In this document: positions 35,150 through 54,958 of the stretch, one piece after another
Layout of the letters: each line of letters starts with the position of its first letter
How positions within the stretch are numbered: the stretch's first letter is position 1
Assembly: GCA_973895155.1 (NCBI GenBank)
Contig: OZ316892.1
Coordinates: 20,037,869-20,101,868, forward strand
DNA: 64,000 bases
Reading direction: 5' to 3'
From: Marsupella aquatica
Lineage: Eukaryota > Plantae > Marchantiophyta
The notes under the pieces: model-generated
Databases searched by the model: none
What the model was told of the DNA's origin: nothing
The model's input: only the letters and a program-made list of their open reading frames with translations
Program-made: the position numbers and the translations under genes

Positions 35150-36115
35150 TATTTTTAGAACAAGAAGTGGCTCTTGAGTCGGCTTTGGCGAAAAACAAAT
35201 TCAAGCCACCTTGAAAGCAGACTACCATTTCCAGACTTTGCTCCTTGTTCAAGAGAATTCCATTTATCTAACCCCACTTCAATTTTTTTTGGTCAGCAGT
35301 CTATACTTAGACCAGGAAGTGTTCTTTAAGTTTGCTTTGGTGAAGAAAAAGTCACAAGCTATCATAAAATCAGACAGCATTTCCAAACTTTGTCTTAATC
35401 ATTTCAGGGATTTCCATGTATAGAATTTTGTTTCAAAATATTTTTGATGTGGAGTTTATCTTTAGAACATAGAGTGGCCCTTGAGTTTGCTTAGATGGAA
35501 AAAAGTCTAAGGCCACAATACATTATTCAAGGATTTCCATTTGAGTGCATTTCAAAAGACTTAGATCTGGAGTTTATCTAGAGCAAGGCTTGAGTTTGTT
35601 TTGGTGAAAAAAAAATCACTAGTCAGAGTCAAAACAGACTCACATTTCCTAACTCACATTACCAAACTCTGGCCCCTATATGATAAAATTTTCATTTATC
35701 CATCGTTTTCTCAGACGATGTTTATTCTGGCCTCTATAATGAGAAGTGGTGCTTGACGAATTTTCTTAGCCTGGCTTTAGAGCAAGAAGTGGAGCTTTTT
35801 TGCTTTGGTGAAAAAAAAGCCCATAAGTCATAGTCAAAACACTCACAATTCCAAACTTCTCGCTCCTTCATTCAAGGGATTTTAGTTTATCCAGCCTCAT
35901 TTCTAAAGGGACTCTATCTTTAGAATGAGAAGTGGTGCTTGATGAGTGGTGCTTGACGAGTGGCTTTGGTGGTGGGAAAAAAAAGAGTCACAAGCCACCA
36001 AACTTTGCCCTCCTTCATTCAAGGGATTTCCATATATAGCACTTCATTCCAGATGTATTCTGGTCTCGAGTCTATCCTCGGGTTTGAGTTGGCTTTGGTG
36101 AGAAAAAAATAAAAG
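35150..36115. repeat. Degenerate tandem array with ~150-bp period
   Basis: TTTAGA(A/G)C(A)AGAAGTGG...TTGAGT..GCTTTGGTGAAAAAAA...CACAAG recurs near 35155, 35305, 35460, 35580, 35775, 35920 and 36085. Confidence 0.65.
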
Positions 36116-37564
36116 TGAGAAGCCAGCGTAAAAACAAACGTACCCAACAGCACTCTCAAACTCTGAGTGCTGCTGTTGCTGAGTTGCTTGCTTCGAATCA
36201 GATCTTTTGATCGGATCGTCACTCACAGGCAGCGCGTTGTTCACGCAGGCGTCGAGGTGTTGTTCATGCGTCCATCATCGACCAGCCAGCCAGTGAGCTA
36301 GCCAGTGAGCTCGCCAGCCAGTGCCAGCCCTCTTCATTCTCCATGGTTTGGCTCTGGTCTCACTTCCCGCCAGCCTACAATGGAAGAAATTGTAGCTAGA
36401 GTACAGAAGTTTCTAGTAACGTAGGTACATCTGCTGATGAGATAGGGCGGAATTTCTCAATTTCAATTCCTCCTCATCATCGGCCTGTAGGGCCTCCCTC
36501 TGGTTCTGGTTCTGGTTCGGTTGATGCCCTGCTGTTCCTGCTGCTGTGATGCCACGTCTGTCTGGGTTCTGCCATGCCTTGCCTTGATTCGCCTTGAAGG
36601 ACAGCCTGGGAACCTGGGTTCGGGAGTTCTGGCCATTCTACCTGGTCCGATCTCATCTGACGGATTCGATGAAAATCGATTGGTGTGACTTATGATCATT
36701 TCTGCGACCTGGGAGCCTCTGTGGATCTGCTGGGTCGGTGTGCACACCAGCAGGTTCTCTCATCAATGGAAGGCATGGAAGCCGAAGCTGAGCTCAGGCA
36801 CTAGGCAGGCTCCATAAATGCTGGAGAAGCTGAAACGAGAGAACCACCTTTCTTTCAGCTCCTGCGCTGTCCGGTCTCATCATCAACGTGCTTCTTCTAC
36901 TTCGCCTCACTCGCCTATTAATAATCCAGTGCCCGTGAAATTTTAAAAATTCAGAGCGGCTGTTGTATATAACTGTTGTGGGGTGGAGCCGCCCACAAGT
37001 TGGTTGGATTGTGTGGGACGGTTGGGTTTCTGGCCTTATGGGGGAATGAATGGAATCGGAATTGGGAAATTCAATTAGTCGCTGACTGACAGCGTCGGAT
37101 GGTACGGGACGAAGAAGAAGGCGAGACAAATCAAATCGTCCTCTGCTGCTGCTACAGTACAGAGGCTGCTCCTCGGTTGTAGTCTTTGAATTCCCTATTT
37201 ATTGACCATCTGGGCCAGTGCCGACCGATCGCTTTTATAGTCAGCAGCTGTGTTAGGCGGACTGTTCTCGTGGCCTTCTCCTTTGAGCAGCGGCCCTCCT
37301 TGATCTTGTCCCACATTTAGTATACTTCACTTTGCGGCGTGAGAAAGAGAAGAGAGACAGGGCAGCGACGGCGTAGGAAGGTGGGAAACAGAAAGCAGTG
37401 TTGGTATATAGCTTCGTTTCCCGGTTTCGGGTTTGAATTCTTCTTACTCGGGCGACATTCCAGAGGAGACGTGCATCTGCCCCTGCCCATACTACAACAG
37501 ACTACCGCTTCGTTTCGATTGATTCGCCTGCCCATCGCGGCTGTGAATTGTGTCCCCCGCCACA

Positions 37565-40500
37565 ATGGTAGATATTCATCATCAATCCTGAGCAATTGCG
37601 GTGCCATGAATGTATTTGATTGACTTGGGTGACGGAGGTTCCGAATTTTGTTTGGTCGAATTGTGGTTGTCACAGCCGTCCGTGTATAGTTTCTCTCTCT
37701 ACTTTCCGCATTATCTACTCTCCGCGAAATCCCCTTTTCTGGATTGAATACTTGGCCGATGTCTGTCCTGGCTAGAGTTTTCCAGTTTCCGCGTCTTATT
37801 TTACACTGTATGATCGGCCCTGTATTTCCCCTGTTTCTCTTCTTTCTGTCTCGCCAATTTTTTCCAGGCCGCTGGCTTTGGATTGAATTTACCGTGTAAT
37901 AGCGTGTGAATTGTTTCAATGGGGCCAACTTTACGTTCGAATTCTGTTTGCACATGTCTAGAAAAATCCCATCCTGCATCGTTGCAATTGTGATGGAACG
38001 AGGTTTAGGAAGTGTCATAATCATAGCTTACTGGTCACTGCCATTGCCACAGGCAGATGACCATCCATCCAGCCTTCCCCAGCCGGCCCAACGAGTCGGC
38101 TGGATGGATGCCTAAACCCGAATTTGTACTCATGTTTCGTTTGGCGAGTTTCCTCTCCTTTGTGGATCGGGGAGTCGTGACAAACGAGCGCACAAGTTTG
38201 TCACGTATGCGAGGCGAATTTTCTTGGACCAACGTCTTGACTGGAATAGCTCTTCGTTGGTGGAGTTTATATTTTTTACTCAGGGAAAAACACTCAGGAT
38301 AGGTCTGACAAGCTGGGTAGACCACGCTGGCCCCTGAGAGGCGCGACTCCGTCTCCTCTTCAATTCCTGAAAGTTCATTAGACGAAGGTTGTTAAATGTT
38401 TATACTTCACGTTTCTATCTGGTCATTTCTCCACAGCATTTATACGATCGATCATGCAGTTTATCGAAGTCTTGGGAAAGTCTGAGTCACTCATTCCTTC
38501 GTCGTTCAGAAATTCGGTTACTGCGTAACTGAACTTTCTGTACAGAGGTGACGCTCCGAATGCAGGTCGGAACACATAGTTTGGGCTGCTTATCCCCCTC
38601 CTCTCCCTGTCTTCCCTTCCTTTAGCATCCAAATTTGTCACCTTGTTCGATGTTTGGTACGGTACTAGGCGAAAACCCTCACACAGGAGGAGAACCATTC
38701 AGAGTTGTTTGATTGTATGGAGTCGGTGCCTATCGTCAAGCGCTCATGTTGCATTTTTCTCTGAAAACCTCATTACGTAGAGCTTGTTCATGATGAATCC
38801 GCGGGGTTTAGTGGAAGACTTATCAAGTGGACTCTTGGGTTGTGTGCACGTCCTGCAGGCGATGTTCGTAAGAGTTAAGCGGAAAAAAACTACGTATTTT
38901 CTGCATTGTGATCCTACTGAGACTGTTCTAGAGATTAAGCAAAAAATCCAGGCCTTGAGTGACAACCCGGTCGACTGTCAGCGGTTAATTCTTCTCGGCT
39001 CTCAGCTAATTTTGGAGGACAACAAGACGCTGGCAGATCAAAAGGTAAGCTACATCTGATCTGATTTTGTACTTGTTCTGAAGTTGAAGGTGGCTGAACG
39101 CATCTTGATTCGAACTGTTCCCTTGCGTCTGAGATTGCTCGACCTTTCAGCAGGGATGGATACCACCATAAACTGATTTACTCAAGTAGCCCAGCATGAT
39201 TGGTAAAGTTATTTGATCCGATGCTCGCTCCTTTGTTTCTCTAACATAGTGTCAAATTTGAGAAGTGTCTTTGAGTGTTCTCATTACCTCATTGATGAGC
39301 GCCATGAGAACCCCTGTCCCAATAGAATTGTGCTTCCAGCTTTCGACCAACACAGCGATTACAACTGTAGGTGACAGCGCTATGAAATACCTCTTTCCCA
39401 TTGGAGTTGTCAAAAGTTAGGGCCAACACCGTTCTCTAGGCCGATAGGATAAACGAGTGCACCCTACCTTTGCTCTGCACTGGGATGATCTCTTGTTTTG
39501 CAGTCCTTGGGGAAGATGGAAACAAGTCAGTAACGCTGGATGCCAAAGTTCAAATTCTCAATAACTTCCCTGGCTTCCTCCCATTTTCAGGGAGTTCAGA
39601 TAAAGGAACCAGAAGATTCAGGAATTCCCGCTGAAGACAAGGTATTGTCGCTCTATATAGTGGAGCTTAACTAGTTTTGATTGTGACCGCGTACAACTCC
39701 AACCTAGGAAATAAGGGACAGTCACCCAAACCCCGGCAGCTTCGCTCTATGACATCAATCTTTGGTTAATTTCTTAAGTTCGTGCATTTCTGAACTAATC
39801 TTAACCTAAATATAATAAGATTGAAATTGACCTCCACATGATATGCCGGTCCTCAAACTCATCAGATTGTAAAGGGCCTTCAGGGAGTACTCCTGGAAGA
39901 TGCCAAGACTCTTGCCGACCAGCAGGTATCATCCCTGCAGTAAGATACTGTGAAAATGTGTTCACCATATTCTTGCTGCCCTCACATTGGTGGACCTTCG
40001 TGAAATACTTTTACGGCTTTCACGAAGATCCACTTGGATCATTTTTCTTGTGGATCTTCTTCCGAGTATGTAGGTCATATAAGATGTCCGGTATATATCA
40101 CACTTCTTAACCTACAGTTTAGTCGAATGTATCCACATCTGTTGAACTGTGAACGACGAAGGCAAGGAACCAGGGCCTGTCTTTCATTCAGTTAGAATTT
40201 AAATTCAACAATCTTTCAATTATCTACTAAAAAATGAATGAAATGTACCGTGTAAATTGCCACTTCGATAGAGCCAGTAAAGTACCAAATTCACTAATTT
40301 GATAGGAATCTGGTGAGCCAACTACCAAAGATACTCATGGCTGGGATGAAACTCCACCTCTGATTTGATCAGTTAAATCTGGGAACTGCTGCATTGAACT
40401 TGGTCGTTTTCTAGCTAACGTTTTCGTTGATATGTTAGTGGCAACTAGCTTTTCAATTCTGAGAAGTTTGTTCCCATGTTCATGATTTGCGGGTCGACAA

Positions 40501-42201
40501 CATTGAAACATTCCTGCGCTTACATTGTAGAGGAAATATTTCGTTTGTCAAAATTGTCGATGATGCCTTCAACGGTTGATGCGAGCCTTAGGGCATGGCG
40601 GGAGGGCTTTCAAGTTTTAATGATATAAACCAAGTCCTGTTGGGTCAAGGCTCTTCCATGACTGTGTGCTTGGGTAGCCGTCCATCCTAATTCCCAGCTC
40701 ACAGATTGAAGGTCTTGCAAAAGACTCATTTTACAGTTTAACGGTTACATGGTTCAAGTGTGGTTTCTTTTCTTTGCAGGTCGAGAATGATGCGATTGTT
40801 GCGTTGTGCCTGAAGATATCAGGTAAGCTACAGTCTGACATCCGTCACCCTTACTACAGGCTGTGCCTGGTATGAGTTGGACTGTAGGTTGTTGTGCGCG
40901 AGCACTATCATGGTGTTTCCAAAGAATTCAGTCACCTGTTTGTTCCTGTGGAAGCAACTCCTAAAGTCCTGTCAGAGAAGTCGAAATAAGGGTTGGAGTC
41001 AACGCGGAAACTAATCTGAGAGGTGGACTGGAACGGTAACGATAATGTTGAAGAGTGCCTGGTTCTCCTATTCTTCAAGCTGGGACTTAATTAATTTTTC
41101 TGGGACTTGGGTAGGACGTGGAATGACGAATTTCGACTATGCTTTCTAGATCAAATTTATCAAATTTCCCTTTCGAAACCAAAGTCAATCACCAGTCACA
41201 GATGCCCAAACCTCTAGCCTTGCTCAATAAATTTTCTTGTCCTTGATATGCCCTTAGTTCCAAGCAGTCGGTAGTTTCCGGGACTAGCATCAGCCCCTAT
41301 CGGTCCCTATCCGAAGAATCTCTTTTTTCTAGCTTGTGGAATCTTGGAGCTTAGAATAGATTGGTTTCAAATTAATTTATACCTTACTTGGGAGAATTGA
41401 AAGTATTGTGCATGTGGGTAGAAATTCTGTGCAGATCCTAGAGTGCATAGAATTCCAACGCTTATGCGGCCCCCATACATTCCTCCGACCCCTTCACCCA
41501 CTCCTACCCCTCCAGAAGTGGAAGAACTGATTTTAGCACCTGGTGAGGAGCCTCCCCCTCCTCCCCCTTCCCCGCCACCTGAACATCGCATGTCAACTGA
41601 ATTACGAGTTCCGTACCGACCACCGATTGAGGAAAACGATGTTAAACTTGGTGAGAAGGAGAGCTCTCTGGGCGGAGTTTCTTCTAAGAAAGATGGTTCC
41701 AAAAAAGAGAGTGTCAAGAAGGAACTCCAAAAGGATGGCGGGAAGAAAGATGGAAAGAAAGATGCTGCCAAGAAAGATGCGCCTAAGAAAGAATCTCCAA
41801 AGAAGGGAGCTGAAAAGAAACAAGGGAAAGAATCTCCTAAGAAAGGTGGAAAAGAGTCTTCCAAGAAAGGTGGAAAAGAGTCTTCCAAGAAAAGTGGTAA
41901 AAAGGCCCCCAAGGAAGAAGTTCCTCCTTCACCTGAGGAAACTGAGGAACTGCCTGAAGGTCAGGTTTTTTTTTCCTAGTCGAGTTCAGAGGTGTCTCTT
42001 CTAAATGGTTACTCAGTACAATAATGTTAAGGAGAAGACTTTAATAATTGCGGAGGTAGAGACCCTAGGATGGAATACAAAAGACGCGTCCTTCGTCCTG
42101 AGTTGTGATCTTGTGTTCATTGTCCTGTCGCAGCTGGAGTATGGGAAGACATCACCATCGACAAGCTCACTGATTATTCCACCATCGAAGAGTCGGATTG
42201 A
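37565..42201 (+). CDS. Ubiquitin-like domain protein (Elongin-B-like); exons 37565-37567 (ATG), 38859-39044, 40780-40822, optional 41435-41959, 42134-42201
   Basis: MAMFVRVKRKKTTYFLHCDPTETVLEIKQKIQALSDNPVDCQRLILL...LEDNKTLADQK|VENDAIVALCLKIS|AGVWEDITID matches the conserved plant Elongin-B-like protein. All junctions are GT-AG and in frame. The ATG-only first exon is less certain. Confidence 0.85.
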
Positions 42202-43803
42202 ATGGGCTTGACGAACTCACTGATTATTCTTTGCCTCAGCCTCGGAGAGATTGTAGGCAATCACATCTGTGGGTGCTCAGAGTCTTCGTCTCAATATCTG
42301 CAGCAGCCACCTGACTTTTCAATCCTTGATCTGAGGGCAAACCATTACTCAATGGAGTCTCAGTAAGATTCCAACCTGAAAGTCACCCTCTACGCCGCGG
42401 CGTTGATGCAGATATTTACCTGAAGATTCCACTCGTGATAGACAGCAGGAGAGTCTACAATTTTTCATTAGTAAGATAAGATGCAATGGACCTCAGATTC
42501 TCTCCCGTACAGTGAAATGCGGGTGTAGCTCTTGTGCAGGAAATGTGTTCTCCTTCGCTGGGAAGGTTCTTGTCTCATCTAGAGAATGAGTCTGGCGGCG
42601 AGATTTTCTGGACGGTTAGTCCACGGGAAAGCTATTGAGGCGAATCACAGTATCTCTGTGTTACCGAAGATTGAAATCTGTCCGGCGCGCATGTTGCCCA
42701 TGAGTTAGATCAAGTTCTCATGTGACTCTAATTGGTCCAATTAGCCATTTGCGAGTAATATATCCATTTTTGCGTCCTGCACCTGAATATGATTCGGAGT
42801 CCGTTTAACAGACGTCAGCTGTCGAAGTCTTGGATTTAGACATATACAAAGCTTTTCTGGCTATTCGCTGCAACATCTGGCTATTCGCTGCAACATCTGC
42901 ATAGCCTCGGAAGCGTGGTTGCGGTTTTGTGGAGTAATTCCAACCAAATTGTCAATTTTAGCTCGGAAGAGGTACAATTACAACTGAGGATGTTCGCGAC
43001 TGGCGGGAATTAAGTTCCTTTCAAAATAGATGCAAAATGATCATGAAAAGTGGGAAAGCCGGGCTGGCCGATAACGACTACAACCAAGAACGCCATCTAC
43101 CATGATTGTCTTCAGTCTGGCCTGATGAGCCTGCTGACTGCCATGTGGGAACGGGCCTTTTGCCTTTTGCCTCGTTCTGAGAAAGCTTTACTTTGTCTTT
43201 TACTAGTAATGGAGTGTACTCTCCCCAAAACTATCGCAGTCAACATTAGATGGCTGTTTTTCTTGTAGTAAGCGCAGATGGGAGAACGGCAGGACATAGT
43301 TTTTACAGTGATGAGGATATAGACACAATGACCTGTCATGCGAGCCCCCATGAAAAAGCCTGAAGCGCTCTCTTTTAATGAACTAGAATTGCCACTCCTC
43401 ACCCATAATTAACTGTTGTGACGGTACATCCTCGAAATCGCGTGAAGTACTTGCTGACAGCATTGCCATTCTTTGTGTAATACTGAAGACTGAAAAAAAA
43501 GTGAGTCAGGCAGAGAGCTACATTCCTGACGTCACACTGACTCTACACCTCCGGATGACTGAAAATCTCTGCCTAGCAGCAGCCCAAATCCGCTATGGCT
43601 CCACATAGCAATGCGTACATTGTCCGCCGGTTCTGATGACTTGATGAAAACAGGCTGGCTGTACACTTGAACCTTTGACCAACCGCGTGCAAGGGAGGCC
43701 ATAAATGACCATCGTACGATAAACCCCGGTGAATCAGCAAAATTTCGAGCCTGAACGATGATGGTAGGCTATGAACCTTCATCACAGATCAGGGTCTCCA
43801 TTC

Positions 43804-44796
43804 TCATAAAATTTTCTCCAAGCCGTAGACGAGAGACTTTAATCTCACCACCCTCCTAATCGCCAGAAGCAGGCCCGGCATCATTGCAGACAGGTCCCCA
43901 ATGTCATGCTTGAACGACAACGCTTCTCCAGGAGCAGAGAGCCTTACATCCATAGACGAAATCCCTGGCCCAGGCATCAACAAACTATGCACCCTCACAT
44001 TGTCCCCAATTGCGGCCCCCCTAGCAGGATTCTCGTTCCACCTGTCTCCCTGGTTATACATCCGGCCAAGCCCTGAGAGATTCTTAGCAAACAATTCCGC
44101 CTCAGGAGAGGGCAGACTATCAGACTCATCATGATTACCAGACGATGACTCAATTATCTGCACAGCTCCATAATGAAAGGCCGCCTGAATGGCAGCCTGC
44201 TGCAGCAAAACCCTACCGATCGACAGCGTGGGACAGATAATACACCCGGTGCTGGCTTTCTCACAGAACGTGATCAACCCTCCCACCACCTCGGGGTCCA
44301 AAGCGGGAGCGCAGACCACACTCTTGAGCCCAAACGCCGTGGCCTGCCGCACATTGTCGTAAACCTGGGCCGAATCCGTCGTGAAGTCGACCATGACTAG
44401 TCCGCCAGACGTCTTGCTGGACTGCGAGACCGAGCCCAGCACCATGACCAGGTCGTTCACAACCGGCAGCTCGAGGGGCTCCTCGAGGCCGACCAGCTCA
44501 CCGGCGTCGAGCCCGTTGTTGAGCGAGTCCACAGCTCCAGCGAGGGTCATGTTGCGAGCTCTGGTGATGGCGAGAATGGCGGCCTTGCCCATTTTGCTGG
44601 CTGCGCCATTGATCACGACCTTGACGGCATTGGGATTGCGTCTGGGGGAGGATTGCTGCGCTGTGATGAGAACGAATTGCCTCTGCCGGGATGCTGATAC
44701 TGATGCTGCTGCTGCTGGAGGAGGAGGAGGAGGCGGAGTGGCGAAGGCATTGCAGATGGGCAGTCGCGTTGTACAAGAAGAGGTCAGCGTCGCCAT
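43804..44796 (-). CDS. CRR1: Dihydrodipicolinate reductase-like protein CRR1 (chloroplast NDH complex assembly), single exon
   Basis: VKVVINGAA...AGAVDS...LELPVVNDLVMVLGSVSQ...VDFT...VYDNVRQATAFG...FCEKASTGC...PTLSIG...LLQQAAI...LLAIRRVVRLKSLVYGLEKIL. Ser/Thr/Ala-rich transit peptide from ATG 44796. Confidence 0.92.
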   Translation of the reverse strand: MATLTSSCTTRLPICNAFATPPPPPPPAAAASVSASRQRQFVLITAQQSSPRRNPNAVKVVINGAASKMGKAAILAITRARNMTLAGAVDSLNNGLDAGELVGLEEPLELPVVNDLVMVLGSVSQSSKTSGGLVMVDFTTDSAQVYDNVRQATAFGLKSVVCAPALDPEVVGGLITFCEKASTGCIICPTLSIGRVLLQQAAIQAAFHYGAVQIIESSSGNHDESDSLPSPEAELFAKNLSGLGRMYNQGDRWNENPARGAAIGDNVRVHSLLMPGPGISSMDVRLSAPGEALSFKHDIGDLSAMMPGLLLAIRRVVRLKSLVYGLEKIL

Positions 44797-44927
44797 AGCC
44801 CGAGCCCAATTTGGGCCGAGCTCCCTCTGTTCCTCGGCTACTGATACTGTAGTACTGGACTGATCTGTCTGCCTGAGATTTACAGGAACAATGAAACTCT
44901 TCGATGAGTTCTGTCTGTCTGGCATAA

Positions 44928-45358
44928 TTCTGCAATCCTTTTTAGAGAGCATCTCCACTCGTGCTCTGTTTTGCCCGCTAAATTGCTATAATTATGTAAT
45001 CTTCTTCTTTTTTCCCCTAGAAAAAACCACTTGAATTTCATTCAAAAAACCAACATACAACAAGGGTGACCCACAAAAGCGGGTTGGCACCCTGGGCACC
45101 AGAGGTCCATAAACCTAAAGGACCTGGGAAACCAGGACCAGGAAACAAGGGTGACCCACAAAAGGGGGTTGGCACCAGGGGCACCAGAGATCCATAAACC
45201 TAAAGGACCTGGGAAACCAGGACTAGGAAAGGAAGCAGGCCCCAAAAAAGGAAGCCAAACCAGAAATTCAACCACTGCACCCTTTTTAGAGAGCATATTC
45301 TGCAATCCTTTTCTGAGAGCAACTCCACCCATGCTCTGTTTTGCCCGTTAAATTGTTG
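44928..45358. repeat. ~60-bp direct repeats flanking a 2 x 85-bp tandem repeat upstream of CRR1
   Basis: TTCTGCAATCCTTTT.(A/G)AGAGCA.CTCCAC...TGCTCTGTTTTGCCCG.TAAATTG at ~44928 and ~45298. CAAGGGTGACCCACAAAAG...GGGAAACCAGGAC at 45061 and ~45146. Confidence 0.8.
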
Positions 45359-48305
45359 AACGTGAATTTTTCACTTATATTTTTGAAACATTGATTTCTC
45401 ATATATCCTCCTTTCGTTTGAGAAGCACCCTATATATGTAAGAGAATTAAAACCAAAATATAGTGTTACCCTATCTATAAACAACTGAATAAATTGTGTC
45501 AAAGATTATAAGATTTGCTTTTAACTTCTTTCATGTCTTTGGAAAATTGCAAGCCCTTTCACTTGGATCACTTACATTAATGTAATTAGGTGCACTAATG
45601 TCCTAGTTTTGAGGGCATTATGAGAATAATGCCCTCCAACCAGGACAACTTCCTTTTTGAATTACTGGAGATTGGGGGTGGGGAGTGGAATTTGGCTGTT
45701 TTGTCCCCCACATTTGCGCCAATGTTTACATGTTTAGAGATGGACAGCCTAATCCAAGATGCACACTCACTAGATTTAGTAAGCATCCCCTACAAGCATC
45801 CTGTATTGGCCGATGTTTGGAGATAGACAGGCAAATCAAAGCTACCGACTACCAATTTTAGCAATGTCCCCCACAACTGTCCTGCAATGATCAATTTAAC
45901 TAGGCCAATTTTAGTAAGTGTCCCCTACAACAACATTATGGGTCAGTTTAATTAATTTAGTGCAATCAAAGGGTACTCTCTGGACCTAGTGTATAGAGGA
46001 GTGAAGCCTTCGGAGAAGCCTCCAGACTGTGACACTAAGGGCATAACCAAATTGAAGTTGCAAACAATCTAGAGTGAACCTTCTAGACTGTCACTCAAAG
46101 TGAGGGTATAACCAAAACAAGGTATGGGGGCAAAGTTGAGCAAAAAATAGCATGAAATTCTTTTTTCTGCAATGCTTTTTTTTCACATGTCTCTTTGCGT
46201 TCAAGGAACAGGTAATCAAGCTAGTGTTTATAGATAGACAACCAAATCCAAGCTGTAGACTGCCACATTTCCTGCAAGAATGATGATCACCAAACCAACC
46301 TGCCCTTCAGACCTCCAGATGCATTGATGGTAGAAGTAACGGCAGAGACCAATTTGCACGCAAGCAAGACCAATTTGAAAAGTAGGGATGTACAAGTGGG
46401 GGAGTGTGGATCAGCTTGGGCAAAGGGGGGATGGGGGAAGGGATGCTTATGGACATTTGACGGAGGTGTAGAAATTGAGTTCCTGTAACATGCATTCTGT
46501 CTCTATGATTTGGGGAAGGTTTGGCCACCAGACTGGTGGAGCTGCTCAACTATCCTTGGACCCGTTACTAGGGATACCTGGTCAGTGTTTGGGGCAGGTA
46601 GCTACTGTGGCAACAGCCCATTGCATTTCCTTGGGAAAGTTGACCACCTCATGAAACCGTCACTTGGGGGTCATTCCAACCCAACTTTGGTGAGCAAGAG
46701 TGGGGAGGACGGATTTTAAGGTGTTCAGCAATTGGGCTGGCCTTTGGAGACCCGATGGCTTTTCTTTCTTATTACACATCAGGAGGCTCTTTCATTGAGC
46801 CTGTTTTGCAACCATATTATTCAAGCATTAGAACCCTACTAATCATTCGCAATTGAAAGCTACACTCTGGAGCCTAGGATCTAGATTGAAGCCTCTAGAT
46901 AGTGACTTTGAGCTGGTGGCAAGTTGTAGGGTGGGGTAACAGGCAGGGAAGGCAAATATGGGTCTGAGCAAAGCTTGGGCAGTCAGGCTAGCCTATTTAA
47001 ACTACAATGCACTCACTAATTGCACTAAACCAGTGTATGACATTAAGGACGAAAGGCAATCTCGAGGGCAATCAATGCGGATTAGCATTGATTACCCCAT
47101 AAGTGTTGCCCGCTGCCCGCATGTGCTGTATAAGTAAAGTGATTGGCCCTGAGTGTGTAATTCATACCCCTCTCATTTGCTCATGGGACATATCTCAGGG
47201 ACTATATGCCGTATTATTCTTGACTAGCCTACCACCCTCAAATACAAGTTTGAGTTTTCCAGGTCCAAACACATTTTTGGTCTGGAATATATTCCATGTC
47301 ACCCGTGCTGAAAAACCAACAAGGAGCCGAAAAAACAACCTGAGGGGTACAGGTCCAAACACTCCACTACCCTATCCTCAAATGCAAGTTTGAGTTTTCC
47401 AGGTCCCAACGCTCAACTTCACTTTGTTCAGGCCACAATTGTGAGTTAGGTGATAATGATTGCCTTCCCCAAAAAATGAAATAAAAAATTGCTTATCTTC
47501 CAAGTCCTCCTCACCTTCATCTCAAATAATCTGCACGAACCACACATACACGACTGTACTACAAATGCACAGCATATTCTATTGCTGTGACATGTGGGCA
47601 ATGGTGAGACCTTTGGGGCGAAGTGATAGCTGAAGCGAGTTCATTCCCACAGCAAAGTCCGTCAGCACATACAGGGGAAGGCGATAATTTGAAATTGGAA
47701 GAGGATGACAAATCCTACAGAGGTTGATTTTTGGATCCCTCTGTACGCCACTAAGGCCGACCTCTACCAGTGATGCAGCTTCGATCCTTCTGTCATCTCC
47801 GCATCGAACCTTGAATTGGAATTGGGTAGCTCTATTATTAGGCAGCCCACCATGCCAAGAGGATTGTGGAGATGATCCTGGGTGGAAGCACAGAGGATTC
47901 CACCTTTTGATGAGCTCCTGGGACATTCTGCTAACCCGTTTGATCAGGTAGTCATCTCTCCCCTCTTCCCCGTCATCTGTTGCTAATTGGGTGCCTTCCC
48001 ATCAGGCCTGTCTCCTGTCCGTTTAGTTAAACAAGTCCAATCTCCATATCTCTGGTCTCTCTCTATCAGTGCACTTCAGCATTCAGTCTCTCTCCCTCTC
48101 ACTTCTCATGGTCTGATTAGTATTGTTGGGAGCTGGGAATCCTCGATGGAGATCGTGGAATGGAAGTTGAGAGAGACATCCGTTTGACTCTCTGATAGCG
48201 TGGTGGAAACGGTGATGTGGGTGCATGCATTCGGTCAGTTGTGACTCACAGAGAGCGGTGGGTTTTGGGGTATCTGAGCAGGACACATTTTCACGAGAAG
48301 GCAAG

Positions 48306-54829
<6,524 letters not shown>

Positions 54830-54877
54830 GAAAATTGGAAGGAGCAAGATTGCGTCGATTTATTATCCGAAATTCTA

Positions 54878-54958
54878 CTGAGGATAAACAACTGATCTGA
54901 AGTTGAGGATAAACAACTGATCTGAAGTTGAGGCAGTTGAAGGCAGTTGAAGGCAGTG
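54878..54958. repeat. Short tandem repeats in the malic-enzyme 3' region
   Basis: TGAGGATAAACAACTGATCTGAAGT x2 followed by TGAAGGCAGT-like x3. Confidence 0.8.

Noticed and set aside
36460-38330. ORFs 37317-38024 (-), 36794-37129 (-) and 36463-36747 (-)
   Set aside because: No protein-like motifs; they overlap the promoter, 5' UTR and first intron of the Elongin-B-like gene.
41367-41912. Antisense and alternative-frame ORFs over the Lys-rich exon, CRR1 and the LTR ORFs
   Set aside because: Shadow ORFs caused by low complexity or GC-rich codon usage of the real frames.
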